Positions 50,128 through 60,566 of a DNA stretch of 64,000 nt are shown piece by piece; position 1 is the stretch's first letter; every line of letters starts with the position of its first letter. The DNA comes from Pseudomonadota bacterium. Lineage in GTDB: Bacteria; Pseudomonadota; Alphaproteobacteria; Rhodobacterales; Rhodobacteraceae. The stretch covers positions 4,721 through 68,720 of the forward strand of contig JBCCGP010000005.1 of NCBI GenBank assembly GCA_039029215.1, read 5' to 3'. The notes under the pieces are model-generated. The model did no database searches, was not told the DNA's origin, and worked only from the letters and a program-made list of their open reading frames with translations. The position numbers and the translations under genes were made by a program.

Positions 50128-50307
50128 TTATTTTTCTTTCTTGCGCTTGAAGTACTTCTCGGCCAGCAGATAAAGCACACCCGCAAAGACCCCCATCAAC
50201 AGCGAAAAGAAATGGTTGGGCAAAAGCGACCCGCCCATCCCGGTGATCCAACCCACAAAGAAGATCACAGCAAAAGCAACGAGGCCGTATTTTACGAAAT
50301 CAGGCAT
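50128..50307 (-). CDS. unannotated 59-codon two-TM membrane protein inside the suf operon
   Basis: My own translation is [59 protein letters not shown]. The ATG (50307) overlaps the upstream gene's stop (ATGCCTGA). It falls below the 60-aa cutoff of the ORF track. Confidence 0.55.
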   Translation of the reverse strand: MPDFVKYGLVAFAVIFFVGWITGMGGSLLPNHFFSLLMGVFAGVLYLLAEKYFKRKKEK

Positions 50308-50647
50308 CTTTTTCTTTCATTTTTTTGATTTTACCAGCAATTTCTTGTGCTCGCTTGTCACGATCTTGCTTCATATTCAGATTATTTTGAACCTCAGCTG
50401 CATTGATTTTCTGCTTTGCCCAAAAGAAATAAACCAATGCAAGAAATCCACCGATAAATACGCCGGCAATGATGCAAAACGCGAAAACATCCATATTTAG
50501 CGCGACCCAATTCATAAGCGGAACCGGACCCCATCCCATCAATGCGAACATAATAAAGATCGCCAGCGCCACCCATAAAAAGGTCGCTTCATTTGCAGCC
50601 GATCGTCTTGCAGTTCGCGCAGTTTTTTCAATTTCCGCGCGTGTCAT
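50300..50647 (-). CDS. membrane protein embedded in the suf operon
   Basis: 115 aa with 2-3 TM helices and a Lys/Glu-rich C-terminal tail. It has an ATGA overlap with the sufB stop. Confidence 0.6.
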   Translation of the reverse strand: MTRAEIEKTARTARRSAANEATFLWVALAIFIMFALMGWGPVPLMNWVALNMDVFAFCIIAGVFIGGFLALVYFFWAKQKINAAEVQNNLNMKQDRDKRAQEIAGKIKKMKEKDA

Positions 50648-52158
50648 CCAACACTACCTTCCAAACTAATCGCCACCAAAGCTTGCGCTTCCATTGCGAA
50701 TTCCATTGGCAAGGCTTGCAGCACGTCTTTGCAGAAACCATTCACAACCAGCGCCACAGCTTCTTCTTCGTCCATACCGCGCGCGCGGCAGTAGAAGAGT
50801 TGGTCGTCATCAACTTTCGAGGTCGTTGCCTCATGCTCTACGCGGGCTGAGTTATTCTTTACCTCGATATAGGGCACAGTATGGGCGCCGCATTTGTCGC
50901 CGATCAGAAGCGAGTCGCATTGCGTATAGTTCCGCCCGTTCTTGGCCTTGGGATGCATCGAGACTAGGCCGCGATAGGTGTTTTGCGCCTTACCTGCGCT
51001 GATGCCTTTGGACACGATCCGCGATTTGGTGTTTTTACCCAAATGCACCATCTTTGTGCCTGTATCAGCTTGCTGCATATTATTGGCAATCGCGATGGAA
51101 TAAAACTCGCCCTGACTGTCATCGCCGCGCAGGATGCAGGAGGGGTATTTCCATGTCACAGCTGATCCGGTTTCCACTTGCGTCCACATCACCTTGGCCC
51201 GATCGCCGCGGCAATCGGCACGCTTGGTCACGAAATTATAGATGCCGCCCTTGCCCTCTTCATCGCCTGGGAACCAGTTTTGAACGGTGGAATATTTAAT
51301 CTCTGCATCTTCCAAGATCACAAGTTCCACAACTGCGGCATGAAGCTGCGCCGTGTCGCGTTGGGGGGCTGTGCATCCCTCAAGGTAAGACACATAAGAG
51401 CCTTCTTCAGCGATGATCAGCGTGCGTTCGAACTGGCCTGTGTTTTCTGCGTTAATGCGGAAATAGGTCGATAGCTCCATTGGGCATCGTGTGCCTTTGG
51501 GAACATAAACAAACGAGCCATCTGAAAACACCGCAGAGTTTAGTGTCGCATAGAAATTATCAGATTGCGGCACAACCGAACCGAGGTATTTTTTCACCAG
51601 TTCGGGATAGTCTTTGATCGCCTCGGAAATCGAACAGAAAATGACGCCAGCTTTCTTCAACTCGTCTTGGAAGGTCGTGCCCACAGAGACGGAATCAAAA
51701 ACCGCGTCCACGGCAACCTTGCGGCCTTCTTGCGGGGCGTCGCCCGCGCCCTCGACACCTGCCAAGATCGCTTGTTCTTTCAAAGGAATACCAAGCTTTG
51801 CATATGTGTCCAAAAGCTTGGGATCGACCTCGTCCAATGATTTTGGCTTTTCGGCCATGCTTTTGGGGCGGGCGTAATAATATTGATCTTGGAAATCGAT
51901 CTTTGGGTAATCGACCATCGCCCATTCGGGCTCTTTCATTTCCAACCAACGCCGATAGGCCGCCAAGCGCCAGTCGAGCATCCATTCCGGCTCTTCATTC
52001 TTTTCAGAAATCAGGCGCACGATGTCTTCGTTGAGGCCAAGGGGCGCATATTCGATTTCGATATCTGTCTCGAAACCGTATTTATATTTGCCGCCAAGGG
52101 ATTTCACCGCCTCGACGGTTTCTTCCTCGACGCCATCTTTGACTTGAATATCGCTCAT
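50644..52158 (-). CDS. sufB: Fe-S cluster assembly scaffold SufB
   Basis: 504 aa that reads as a typical SufB across its full length (EGCTAP..., [20 protein letters not shown]). Confidence 0.93.
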   Translation of the reverse strand: MSDIQVKDGVEEETVEAVKSLGGKYKYGFETDIEIEYAPLGLNEDIVRLISEKNEEPEWMLDWRLAAYRRWLEMKEPEWAMVDYPKIDFQDQYYYARPKSMAEKPKSLDEVDPKLLDTYAKLGIPLKEQAILAGVEGAGDAPQEGRKVAVDAVFDSVSVGTTFQDELKKAGVIFCSISEAIKDYPELVKKYLGSVVPQSDNFYATLNSAVFSDGSFVYVPKGTRCPMELSTYFRINAENTGQFERTLIIAEEGSYVSYLEGCTAPQRDTAQLHAAVVELVILEDAEIKYSTVQNWFPGDEEGKGGIYNFVTKRADCRGDRAKVMWTQVETGSAVTWKYPSCILRGDDSQGEFYSIAIANNMQQADTGTKMVHLGKNTKSRIVSKGISAGKAQNTYRGLVSMHPKAKNGRNYTQCDSLLIGDKCGAHTVPYIEVKNNSARVEHEATTSKVDDDQLFYCRARGMDEEEAVALVVNGFCKDVLQALPMEFAMEAQALVAISLEGSVG

Positions 52159-53234
52159 TATGCTGCCTTTGCCTTAAATCTTTTATACGCCGCGCCCCAG
52201 CTTTCGGTAAAACGCATGACATCTTCTGTTGTGTTATCTGGTCCCAAAGAAACCCGAATGGCGCTGCTGGCCGTGATATCATCAAAACCCATCGCTTTGA
52301 GGACCCGTGATTGTTTCACCTTGCCGCTGGAACACGCGCTGCCCGCACTTATCGCAAACCCCGCCAAATCCATTTGCATCACTTGCGTTTCACCTTTCCA
52401 GCCCGGGACCGCAAAACAGGAGGTATTTGTCAGCCGCGGCGCATCTTTACCGATGAAGATAGCGTCGGGTGCGATTTCGGCAATCTGCGCCTCTAACATA
52501 TTGCGTAAGTCATAAAGGGCGTCCCATGCGCCGTTTTTCCGGTCGATTTCTGCGGCTTTATAGGCGGCTGCGAAACCCGCAATTCCAAGGATATTTTCCG
52601 TGCCGGATCTGCGTCCTTCTTCCTGACCGCCACCTTGGATTTGAGCATTTACCTCAACACCCAATTTCAAGCACAGCGCGCCGACACCCTTGGGTCCGCC
52701 CAGCTTGTGCGCGGACAGAATCATAAAATCTGCGCCCAAATCGCCCAGATTTGTACCGAATTTCCCAGCATTCTGGACCGCATCGACCAACACCATCGCG
52801 TCGGCCGCCCAAGCGCGCTGCGCATAGGCAATATTATTTTGTAGAACACCTGTTTCTGAATTAGAGGTTTGAACCGCTAAAAGATCGGCCTTCAACTCAT
52901 CAAACTCCAAGGCGCCATTTGCGTTCGCAGCCAGTGATGTTGATTGATGCGCAAAGACAGCATCATGTTCAAAATCAGCGCACGCCATGTCACGCCCTGC
53001 GCAGGCCAAATTTGCCGCTTCTGTTGCACCAGAGGTAAAAATCACCTCCGTCCGATCAACGCCGACGATATTTCCGATATCTTCACGCGCGCGTTCGATT
53101 AAACTGCGCGCTGCGCGCCCCTCGGCGTGAACGCTTGATGGGTTTCCAAGCATATCCATCGCCGCAAGCATGGCATCACGCGCCTCTACCCGTAAGGGCG
53201 TGGTTGCATTCCAATCAAGGTAGACCCTGCTCAT
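52158..53234 (-). CDS. NifS/IscS-like class-I cysteine desulfurase
   Basis: The start is [14 protein letters not shown]. It has the PLP lysine in [10 protein letters not shown] and the active-site SAGSACSSG. Its ATG overlaps the stop of the upstream Rrf2 regulator gene (ATGA) and its stop overlaps the sufB start (TAATG). Confidence 0.88.
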   Translation of the reverse strand: MSRVYLDWNATTPLRVEARDAMLAAMDMLGNPSSVHAEGRAARSLIERAREDIGNIVGVDRTEVIFTSGATEAANLACAGRDMACADFEHDAVFAHQSTSLAANANGALEFDELKADLLAVQTSNSETGVLQNNIAYAQRAWAADAMVLVDAVQNAGKFGTNLGDLGADFMILSAHKLGGPKGVGALCLKLGVEVNAQIQGGGQEEGRRSGTENILGIAGFAAAYKAAEIDRKNGAWDALYDLRNMLEAQIAEIAPDAIFIGKDAPRLTNTSCFAVPGWKGETQVMQMDLAGFAISAGSACSSGKVKQSRVLKAMGFDDITASSAIRVSLGPDNTTEDVMRFTESWGAAYKRFKAKAA

Positions 53235-53692
53235 TCCGCATCTTCCATTTCGAAAAGCGACGGAACGGCAGGACAAGGCGCCAGTTGATTTTCAACCAAA
53301 TCCGAAAGTCGTGTGGAATGCAAAAACACATAGACCTGCGCCGAAAGCGATTCCCAAAGGCGGTTGTTCAAACTTTGCGCACGCGTGCCAGATTGAGCAC
53401 CAGATGCGCCTGCACCTTTTGACAGTGCATTCATATCTTCATCGACCGCTTCCAAGACGTCTGAGACGCGAATGGCATCTGTCGCTTTGGCCAACCGATA
53501 ACCGCCGCCGGGTCCGCGCACAGACTCCACAACGCCCGAGCGGCGCAATTTTAAGAACAGCTGCTCAAGATAATTCAGCGAAATGTCTTGGCGTTCAGAG
53601 ATTTCGTTGAGCGAGACCAAACGCTCTTGACCCTCAAGCGCCAAATCGACAAGCGCGATCATTGCATAGCGTCCTTTGGTGCTGAGTTTCAT
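53231..53692 (-). CDS. Rrf2-family transcriptional regulator (IscR/SufR-like role)
   Basis: MKLSTKGRYAMIALVDLA...ISLNYLEQLFLKLRRSGVVESVRGPGGGYRL is an Rrf2 wHTH. It is the first gene of the suf operon. Confidence 0.88.
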   Translation of the reverse strand: MKLSTKGRYAMIALVDLALEGQERLVSLNEISERQDISLNYLEQLFLKLRRSGVVESVRGPGGGYRLAKATDAIRVSDVLEAVDEDMNALSKGAGASGAQSGTRAQSLNNRLWESLSAQVYVFLHSTRLSDLVENQLAPCPAVPSLFEMEDAE

Positions 53693-53847
53693 GACTGTCT
53701 GGTCCCGATTTACATTGACGAGCGCGACCCGAATTCTCTAAAAGGGCGCAACGCGAAACGAGGGGTTTCCCCAATTTAGAACGATTCTAAAGTCTTTGAG
53801 AGTTTTCGTCAAGAAAGACCGCTTAAAAGACCAATCATAGGATAAGA

Positions 53848-54501
53848 ATGCCCGAAGTTATTTTTCCAGGCCCTGAGGGGCGGCTTGAAGGCCGCTATCA
53901 TCCGCAAAAAACCAAAGACAGCCCGATTGCCATCATATTGCATCCGCATCCACAGTTTGGCGGGACGATGAACAATAAAGTCGTCTACAATCTGCATTAT
54001 GCATTCTTCAATATGGGCTTTACCGTGTTGCGGTTTAACTTCCGTGGTGTCGGACGGTCCCAAGGGGAATATGACCAAGGTGTTGGTGAATTGTCTGATG
54101 CGGCATCCGCGCTGGACTATCTTCAATCGATGAACCCGAATGCGAAACATTGCTGGGTCGCTGGATTTAGTTTTGGCGCTTGGATTGGCATGCAGCTTTT
54201 GATGCGCAGACCGGAGATTAGCGGGTTCATTTCTGCCGCGCCGCCTGCGAATACTTATGATTTCTCTTTCTTGGCCCCTTGCCCGAGTTCGGGGTTGATC
54301 ATTAATGGGTCTGCTGACCGTGTGGTTCCGCCACCTTCCGTTGAGGAATTGGTTGCCAAACTGCACGAGCAAAAGGGCATCACGATCACACATGAGGTGA
54401 TCGAGGGCGCTGGTCATTTCTTTGAAGATGATCACATGGACACGATGATCGGGTCCGTGGATGAATATGTGCGCCGACGTCTGACGGAAAATACGCGCTA
54501 A
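53848..54501 (+). CDS. alpha/beta-fold hydrolase
   Basis: 217 aa with the nucleophile elbow GFSFG, a C-terminal GAGHFF and an LHPHPQFGGTMNNKV N-terminal block. Confidence 0.75.
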   Translation: MPEVIFPGPEGRLEGRYHPQKTKDSPIAIILHPHPQFGGTMNNKVVYNLHYAFFNMGFTVLRFNFRGVGRSQGEYDQGVGELSDAASALDYLQSMNPNAKHCWVAGFSFGAWIGMQLLMRRPEISGFISAAPPANTYDFSFLAPCPSSGLIINGSADRVVPPPSVEELVAKLHEQKGITITHEVIEGAGHFFEDDHMDTMIGSVDEYVRRRLTENTR

Positions 54502-54511
54502 GATCGGGTTT

Positions 54512-55606
54512 TCAGTTCGGATAGGAAATCTGACCGCCCCTAATAGGCGCTGATGCGCCTGTGGTGCTGGGTGCAGATGTTGGCAAACCGCGCATGACGC
54601 GCATGGCAAGATAGCCAAAGGCCTGTGCCTCGAACATATCACCATCAAAGCCAACAACCTCTACCGGATCAAGGGGCGCATCCATCACGTTGCGCAGTCC
54701 CGTCATAAGTGTCTGGTTCTTGCGCCCGCCACCGCAGATCAGCCAGCGTGATGGATCGGTCGGGAAATGCATTTGGGCTGCATAGACCGAAGAGACGATG
54801 GCCGCCGTCAGCGTGGCAGCCGCGTCCTCATCGGACAGCGGGGACACATCCCCATTCAGTGTCGAAAAATCATCGCGATCCAGTGATTTCGGTGGTTCCG
54901 CCTCAAAATAGGGGTTTTCCATAAATTTCTCTAAAATCACCCCATCCGGCGCACCAAGTGCCGCAAGTTTTCCATTCTCGTCCATATCCAACCCGCGCCG
55001 CGCTTGCATCAAATCAGACAACGGTGCATTCGCAGGACCGGTATCAAAAGCCAAAAGCGCGCCTTTGGCCTCTGGCCCTGGATGCGACCCGTTGACGAAT
55101 GTCACATTACCAACCCCGCCTAAATTGAGAAAAGCCAGCGGCGCGCGCGCGCCAAGGGCTTTGGCGCAGGCAAAATGGAAAAATGGGGCGAGTGGCGCAC
55201 CCTGCCCGCCAGCGGCCATATCAGCGTTGCGGAAATCCCAGACGACAGGTTTTCCGGTTCTGTTTGCCAGCTCTTGACCGTCGCCCAATTGATGTGTGCG
55301 CCCATTGGCCGGGTCATGGGCCAATGTTTGACCGTGAAAGCCAACGACCTCTGACTCTGGGAAGGCTTCAATCAGGTTTTGATGGCTGGACAGAATAATA
55401 TCCTGCGCATCGCCCAGATCATTCGCACCCGGCCATTTGCCAAGTGCGGCGCGCAACACCTTGCGTTCTGTCTGGCTATATTCGTAGTATTTAGACCCTG
55501 AAAACCCTTGGATATTTTCGCCATCGGTAATCACAATCGCCGCGTCGACCCCATCCAGCGATGTTCCCGACATCAAACCCAAACAAGCGGTAGGGCGTTT
55601 TTTCAT
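54512..55606 (-). CDS. anmK: anhydro-N-acetylmuramic acid kinase
   Basis: The start is MKKRPTACLGLMSGTSLDGVDAA. NLGGVGN and FDTGPAN motifs are present. The upstream 55 codons of the track ORF are rejected. Confidence 0.88.
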   Translation of the reverse strand: MKKRPTACLGLMSGTSLDGVDAAIVITDGENIQGFSGSKYYEYSQTERKVLRAALGKWPGANDLGDAQDIILSSHQNLIEAFPESEVVGFHGQTLAHDPANGRTHQLGDGQELANRTGKPVVWDFRNADMAAGGQGAPLAPFFHFACAKALGARAPLAFLNLGGVGNVTFVNGSHPGPEAKGALLAFDTGPANAPLSDLMQARRGLDMDENGKLAALGAPDGVILEKFMENPYFEAEPPKSLDRDDFSTLNGDVSPLSDEDAAATLTAAIVSSVYAAQMHFPTDPSRWLICGGGRKNQTLMTGLRNVMDAPLDPVEVVGFDGDMFEAQAFGYLAMRVMRGLPTSAPSTTGASAPIRGGQISYPN

Positions 55607-55677
55607 AGGTTTTTCTTTCCTTTCTGAACATGCGGGCGTAAAGGCAAGGCCTACCAACAGACCAATAGTATGAATAC

Positions 55678-56928
55678 ATGACTTACAAGCCCAAATCCGA
55701 GTTTCTAAACGTGATGATGGCCCGGGGGTTCTTGCAAGATTGCACTGATCTTGAAGGACTGGATCAGGCACTGCTCGATGGGATTGTGCCTGCTTATATC
55801 GGGTTTGATGCCACAGCAGACAGTTTGCATGTCGGATCGCTTATTCAGATCATGATGCTGCGATGGCTGCAAAAAACTGGGCACAAACCGATCACGCTGA
55901 TGGGTGGGGGCACAACAAAAGTTGGCGATCCATCGGGCAAAGATGAAGCGCGCCAGCTGATCGGTGAAGATAAGATCGCGGAAAATATCGCGGGCATTCG
56001 AAAAGTTTTTGACAAGTATATTACTTTTGGGGATGGCCCAACGGACGCGGTTCAACCCAATAACGCTGAATGGTTGGATAATCTGAATTACATCGACTTT
56101 CTACGCGACTACGGGAAGCATTTCACCATCAATCGCATGATCAAGATGGAGAGCGTAGAACTGCGACTTGAGCGCGAGCAGCCGCTGACATTTTTAGAAT
56201 TCAATTACATGCTGCTTCAAGCTTATGACTTTATGGAATTGAACACGCGGTTTGGCTGTGGGTTGCAAATGGGCGGCTCTGACCAATGGGGCAATATCGT
56301 GAATGGGATTGACCTGACGCGACGGATCAATGAAACGCAAGTCTTTGGCTTAACGACCCCGCTTTTGACGAAAGCAGACGGGTCAAAAATGGGTAAATCC
56401 GCCTCTGGCGCGATTTGGTTGAATGATGCGCGTTTGTCGTCATATGAATTCTGGCAATTCTGGCGCAATACGCTGGATGCGGATGTGGGCAAGTTCTTGC
56501 GGTTGTTTACTGAGTTGCCGTTGGAAGAGTGCGCCCGCCTTGACGCGCTTGAAGGACAAGAGATCAACGAAGCGAAAATCATTCTTGCCAATGAAGTCAC
56601 AGCACTTTGCCATGGACGCGATGCGGCTGAGGCGGCGGCAGCGACTGCAAAAGATGTTTTTGAACAAGGTGGAGTGGGCGAGGACCTTCCGACGTTGGAG
56701 TTGAGCAAGGCGGAGCTAGAGGATGGCATCAGCCTGACCCAAGCGTTGGTGCGGTCTGGTCTGGTTGCGTCAGGTAAAGAGGCCAAGCGCGTCATCGCTG
56801 GCGGTGGTGCGCGCGTTTCGGATGAACCTGTGCAAGACGCTGGTTATATGATTACGCTTGATGCGATTGGCGATGGTTTGAAAATTTCATCTTCAAAAAA
56901 GAAACATGCTTTGCTGAAACTCGGGTAA
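55678..56928 (+). CDS. tyrS: tyrosine--tRNA ligase
   Basis: It has a HIGH-type motif (DSLHVGS), KMGKS (the KMSKS motif) and a C-terminal S4 domain. Confidence 0.93.
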   Translation: MTYKPKSEFLNVMMARGFLQDCTDLEGLDQALLDGIVPAYIGFDATADSLHVGSLIQIMMLRWLQKTGHKPITLMGGGTTKVGDPSGKDEARQLIGEDKIAENIAGIRKVFDKYITFGDGPTDAVQPNNAEWLDNLNYIDFLRDYGKHFTINRMIKMESVELRLEREQPLTFLEFNYMLLQAYDFMELNTRFGCGLQMGGSDQWGNIVNGIDLTRRINETQVFGLTTPLLTKADGSKMGKSASGAIWLNDARLSSYEFWQFWRNTLDADVGKFLRLFTELPLEECARLDALEGQEINEAKIILANEVTALCHGRDAAEAAAATAKDVFEQGGVGEDLPTLELSKAELEDGISLTQALVRSGLVASGKEAKRVIAGGGARVSDEPVQDAGYMITLDAIGDGLKISSSKKKHALLKLG

Positions 56929-57054
56929 GTCACTGATTATTGACGCTCATCGGTGCAACGCTACGGAGATGTTTCAACTTATATTTCTATCATGTCTTAA
57001 ACATGATCTGGTTTTCGATTCGAAAAAAAGGTTCAATCCAGGATCAAACTCACA

Positions 57055-58026
57055 TTATTTCCCAATCATCCAATTCCCCTCTGGATGAAATGCCTGAAAT
57101 GCAAAGGCAAAGGCCACGTCGTGAACAACATCAGCACCGTTCGCATCTTTCACACGGATCGCACCGACATCTTTGCCTTTGGAGATACGCCGCGTATCGA
57201 GGGCAGAGTTCAAACCCGCTTCCCAAGTGATCGTATAACCCTTCTCGGTTAAACTACCCGCCTTGCGCAACCGTTCCAAAGGCCAAGCGCTGTCTTTGAT
57301 GACCACAACGCGGCTGACGGGATTGATACCATGGGGTGGGTTCTCACCTGAATAGAGGCTGAACGACCCGCTATCATAACGTGTATAGGGATTAACACCA
57401 TATTGGCGACGCGAGCGAGGCTCGTCTTGGACCAGCCCGTCGGGATTGCGGGTCTTAAAATCGCTCCAACTTTCCATCCATCCGGGGATTTTTGTCAGCT
57501 CTTTTCCGTTATGTACGCCAACCAGCCCTTCACCAGTGAATTGTTGCCACCAGCTTTCGGTGCCACGATCATACATGATCATGTCCGAATTGCGTAACAT
57601 GCCGGAGACGCCAAGTTCGATGATCTCACCCTCAAAACGGCGATCAAAAACGATACCGGAATTGCATAAGGGGCAAAAGGTAACGGAAAAATAGCTGTCT
57701 CCGGCCTGATCATTTACAATCTCGTGCCACATCAAATAGCGGATTGGATAGGCCCGCGCGGCCTGTCCGTCGATTTCAACGGTCATAACGGGCTCGTCAT
57801 CGCCCAAGCGATCCTCCTGCGCGACAGGGATCATCTCAGGATCAGTGATTGCGGGAATACCGTCTTTGCCCGGCCCGCCATCCAGAAACTCATTAAAATT
57901 AACGGCGGCTTGCGAAAAATCAGTTTTCGGCCATATGGCCTTCATGCGCTCTGTTACGCCCGATTGCGCAAACCCCATCGTTCCGATGCAAAGCGTAAGA
58001 ATGCACGCTGTCAGAAAAGTCTTCAT
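57055..58026 (-). CDS. DUF3179-domain secreted protein
   Basis: It has a signal peptide (MKTFLTACILTLCIGTMGFAQ) and VTFCPLCNSGIVFDR...SGMLRNSDMIMYDRGTESWWQQ, typical of DUF3179. Confidence 0.6.
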   Translation of the reverse strand: MKTFLTACILTLCIGTMGFAQSGVTERMKAIWPKTDFSQAAVNFNEFLDGGPGKDGIPAITDPEMIPVAQEDRLGDDEPVMTVEIDGQAARAYPIRYLMWHEIVNDQAGDSYFSVTFCPLCNSGIVFDRRFEGEIIELGVSGMLRNSDMIMYDRGTESWWQQFTGEGLVGVHNGKELTKIPGWMESWSDFKTRNPDGLVQDEPRSRRQYGVNPYTRYDSGSFSLYSGENPPHGINPVSRVVVIKDSAWPLERLRKAGSLTEKGYTITWEAGLNSALDTRRISKGKDVGAIRVKDANGADVVHDVAFAFAFQAFHPEGNWMIGK

Positions 58027-58100
58027 GGCCGATCTCCTCTCGTTGCGAGGAGCTTAGGGTAAAGGATGAGTTTTAAGAAGACCCGTTCACGCGGTCTTTA

Positions 58101-58724
58101 TCAGCCATCAGGCGCGTCTGATTTGATATAGACCTTGGCCATATAATCCGGCGCTTCAAGAACGGCACCATTCAAATCGGGCTGACCAAGTTTGATGCCA
58201 TTGACGACGTCTTGGCCAGAAATTACCCGCCCAAAAACAGTATACGCGCCCGTCAACGCCTCGCTGACACGCGCCGCGCGATCTGCATCGGGTTGATTGT
58301 TCATGATGAAGAATTGCGAATTGGCACTATCGGGACTGGACGAACGCGCCATGCCAACCACACCTTCGGCATAGGCATAATCCGAAAATTCCGCTGCAAT
58401 ATCAGGGTAGTTTGACCCACCCTGCCCGGCATAGCGCGGCAGATAGCCCTCAACACGTCCATGTTTGACATCCCCCGTTTGCGCCATGAACCCGTCAATG
58501 ACACGATGAAACGCCACATCATTATAAACCCCATCGCGCGCCAAAACTTTGATGCGCGCCACATGATTGGGTGCAAGTTCGGGGAAAAGTTCAATCTCGA
58601 TCGTCCCAGGATTGCTGCCTTCGACCTCAATCACAAGGACATCTTCGGGTTCTGCGGCAAATACCGCCGCAGAGAAAAATACGAAAATAGCCGCTAGGCA
58701 GGACGATAGAGATTTTTTGAACAT
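58101..58724 (-). CDS. ppiA: periplasmic cyclophilin-type peptidyl-prolyl isomerase
   Basis: It has a signal peptide and FHRVIDGFMAQTGD...SQFFIM cyclophilin motifs. Confidence 0.88.
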   Translation of the reverse strand: MFKKSLSSCLAAIFVFFSAAVFAAEPEDVLVIEVEGSNPGTIEIELFPELAPNHVARIKVLARDGVYNDVAFHRVIDGFMAQTGDVKHGRVEGYLPRYAGQGGSNYPDIAAEFSDYAYAEGVVGMARSSSPDSANSQFFIMNNQPDADRAARVSEALTGAYTVFGRVISGQDVVNGIKLGQPDLNGAVLEAPDYMAKVYIKSDAPDG

Positions 58725-59230
58725 TACATATCACTCGCTACTTTGACACTGATCATGCGATCCGGGTCTTGGGGCGGTTCACCCCGTTTGATTTGATCCA
58801 CGAAATTCATGCCCTCGATGACGCGGCCATAGACCGTATATTGTCCATTCAAGAAATGGTTGTCGGCAAAATTGATAAAGAACTGCGAATTGGCAGAGTT
58901 TGGATCAGCAGAGCGCGCCGCGCCCAAAGTTCCGCGATCATGCGGAATTTTCGAAAATTCTGCTTTCACATTGGGTTTGTCAGACCCACCAGTTCCCGCA
59001 CGGCCCAAATTGAAATCTTTGAGCATATTGCCATGCGACACATCACCAGTTTGGGCCATAAAGCCTTCGATGACGCGGTGAAACACCACATTGTCATAGG
59101 CCCCATCGCGCGCCAGCTCTTTCATACGATCACAATGGTCTGGTGCGATATCTGGCAAAAGCTCGATCGCTATTGTGCCGGTTGATAATTCCATGACGAT
59201 TGTGTTTTCCGGATCTTTGTAGTCACCCAT
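58724..59230 (-). CDS. ppiB: cytoplasmic cyclophilin-type peptidyl-prolyl isomerase
   Basis: It has FHRVIEGFMAQTGD...SQFFINF and no signal peptide. It is tandem with ppiA. Confidence 0.88.
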   Translation of the reverse strand: MGDYKDPENTIVMELSTGTIAIELLPDIAPDHCDRMKELARDGAYDNVVFHRVIEGFMAQTGDVSHGNMLKDFNLGRAGTGGSDKPNVKAEFSKIPHDRGTLGAARSADPNSANSQFFINFADNHFLNGQYTVYGRVIEGMNFVDQIKRGEPPQDPDRMISVKVASDM

Positions 59231-59248
59231 GATACGCTCCGTTCTTAT

Positions 59249-59737
59249 TCAGGTGTATTTTTCCTGAAGGGCCTTGGCCACTCCTGGTGTTACGAATTTG
59301 GATATATCCCCACCCAAACGCGCAATTTCTTTGACCAAACGCGATGCGATGGCCTGATGGCGCGCTTCGGCCATCAAAAAGACTGTTTCTATTTCAGAAT
59401 CCATCGCGCGGTTCATTCCGACCAATTGATACTCATACTCAAAATCAGAGACCGCGCGAAGCCCGCGAATGATCAGGTTTGCGCCAACCTCGCGCGCCTT
59501 GTGGATCAGCAGGTTTTCAAAGGGCTCTGCGACAATTTCGCAATTTGGGGCATGGATTTTTCCGACATTCCGCTCGATCATCTCGACCCGCTCATCCAGT
59601 GTGAAAAGTGGTCCTTTATCGCGGTTTATCGCAACACCGACGACAAGTTTATCGACCAGATGCGTTGCGCGCTCAATAATATCGAGATGCCCCAATGTGA
59701 TGGGATCGAATGTGCCCGGATAAAGACCGATACGCAT
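59249..59737 (-). CDS. coaD: pantetheine-phosphate adenylyltransferase
   Basis: The start is MRIGLYPGTFDPITLGHLDII (the T/HxGH motif). Confidence 0.92.
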   Translation of the reverse strand: MRIGLYPGTFDPITLGHLDIIERATHLVDKLVVGVAINRDKGPLFTLDERVEMIERNVGKIHAPNCEIVAEPFENLLIHKAREVGANLIIRGLRAVSDFEYEYQLVGMNRAMDSEIETVFLMAEARHQAIASRLVKEIARLGGDISKFVTPGVAKALQEKYT

Positions 59738-59852
59738 TGTATTTCTGCCTGCCCTATTTCCCCTGTAATCCCCCAAGCAGACCATGGGCGTCAAGATAAA
59801 AAGGCCAGGACAAATCCAGGCCCTTTTATGTGTTCGGGTGGATTGAATGTCT

Positions 59853-60566
59853 TTAGAACAACCGATCCCGAATTTTCTTTAATGCGCCGATTGCGCCTTG
59901 GCCATTCTCTCGCGCCTTTTTCACGACTGATTTTGCATCCGCAATCACACCGCTGACGCTGGCTTCGTCATCTTGACCGCGCCATTTTCCAACCTCGCGT
60001 AAACCAAAATAAGAAATCACAATGGCAGAGGCCCAACCCTTGAAGCCATTATAAAATGTCGCCAATTCAGGTTTGGTAAAAATCACGTTGGTCAGACGGA
60101 AATCATATGCTGGCCAATCATTGCCGCCATTCACCAATTTATCGAACTGAATTGCGCCCAAAATCATATTCAGCACCCAAAAGACCACATCCAATGTGAC
60201 AACAAGAAATGGAGCCATCAATCCAATAATCATCCAACGCACCGCCCATGGGCGGGTTGTCATGCGCAGCCAAGCCACACGACCACGATCCTCAATCGAC
60301 AAAACGCTTAATGTATCTTTGTCTACCAATCCTTGTTCAGCGACAATGCGTTCTGTCTGCGCCTCAAAAAACTCAAGACGGTCTTGCATGACCCGCGCCC
60401 ATTCCTCGGCAATTTCGGGGTCCAACTCCTCGACCTCTTCATTGAGTGGCCCCCCAGCAGCGCGGCCAACAACTTCTTCAAAGACCGCTTCACCGATACT
60501 GCGTTTGCGTTTGTTGCCCATAATATTGGACAGGACCAGACCCACGACGGTTGATGCAATGCTCAT
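59853..60566 (-). CDS. three-TM holin-like membrane protein (GTA-type holin candidate)
   Basis: 237 aa starting MSIASTVVGLV (ATGA overlap with the endolysin stop). It has an acidic soluble N-terminal half, then the hydrophobic segments WMIIGLMAPFLVVTLDVVFWVLNMILGAI and GWASAIVISYFGL. Confidence 0.55.
   Translation of the reverse strand: MSIASTVVGLVLSNIMGNKRKRSIGEAVFEEVVGRAAGGPLNEEVEELDPEIAEEWARVMQDRLEFFEAQTERIVAEQGLVDKDTLSVLSIEDRGRVAWLRMTTRPWAVRWMIIGLMAPFLVVTLDVVFWVLNMILGAIQFDKLVNGGNDWPAYDFRLTNVIFTKPELATFYNGFKGWASAIVISYFGLREVGKWRGQDDEASVSGVIADAKSVVKKARENGQGAIGALKKIRDRLF

Noticed and set aside
53809-54657. 282-aa minus-strand ORF
   Set aside because: It is entirely antisense to a well-supported alpha/beta hydrolase gene (GFSFG nucleophile). 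Its translation is Arg/His/Pro-rich and low-complexity, typical of a shadow ORF.
56985-57030. Small palindromes between tyrS and the DUF3179 gene (ATCATGT-cttaa-ACATGAT; TTTTCGA-t-TCGAAAA)
   Set aside because: They are short AT-rich stems of 7 bp, plausibly weak terminators for the convergent genes. This is not distinctive enough to report as a finding.
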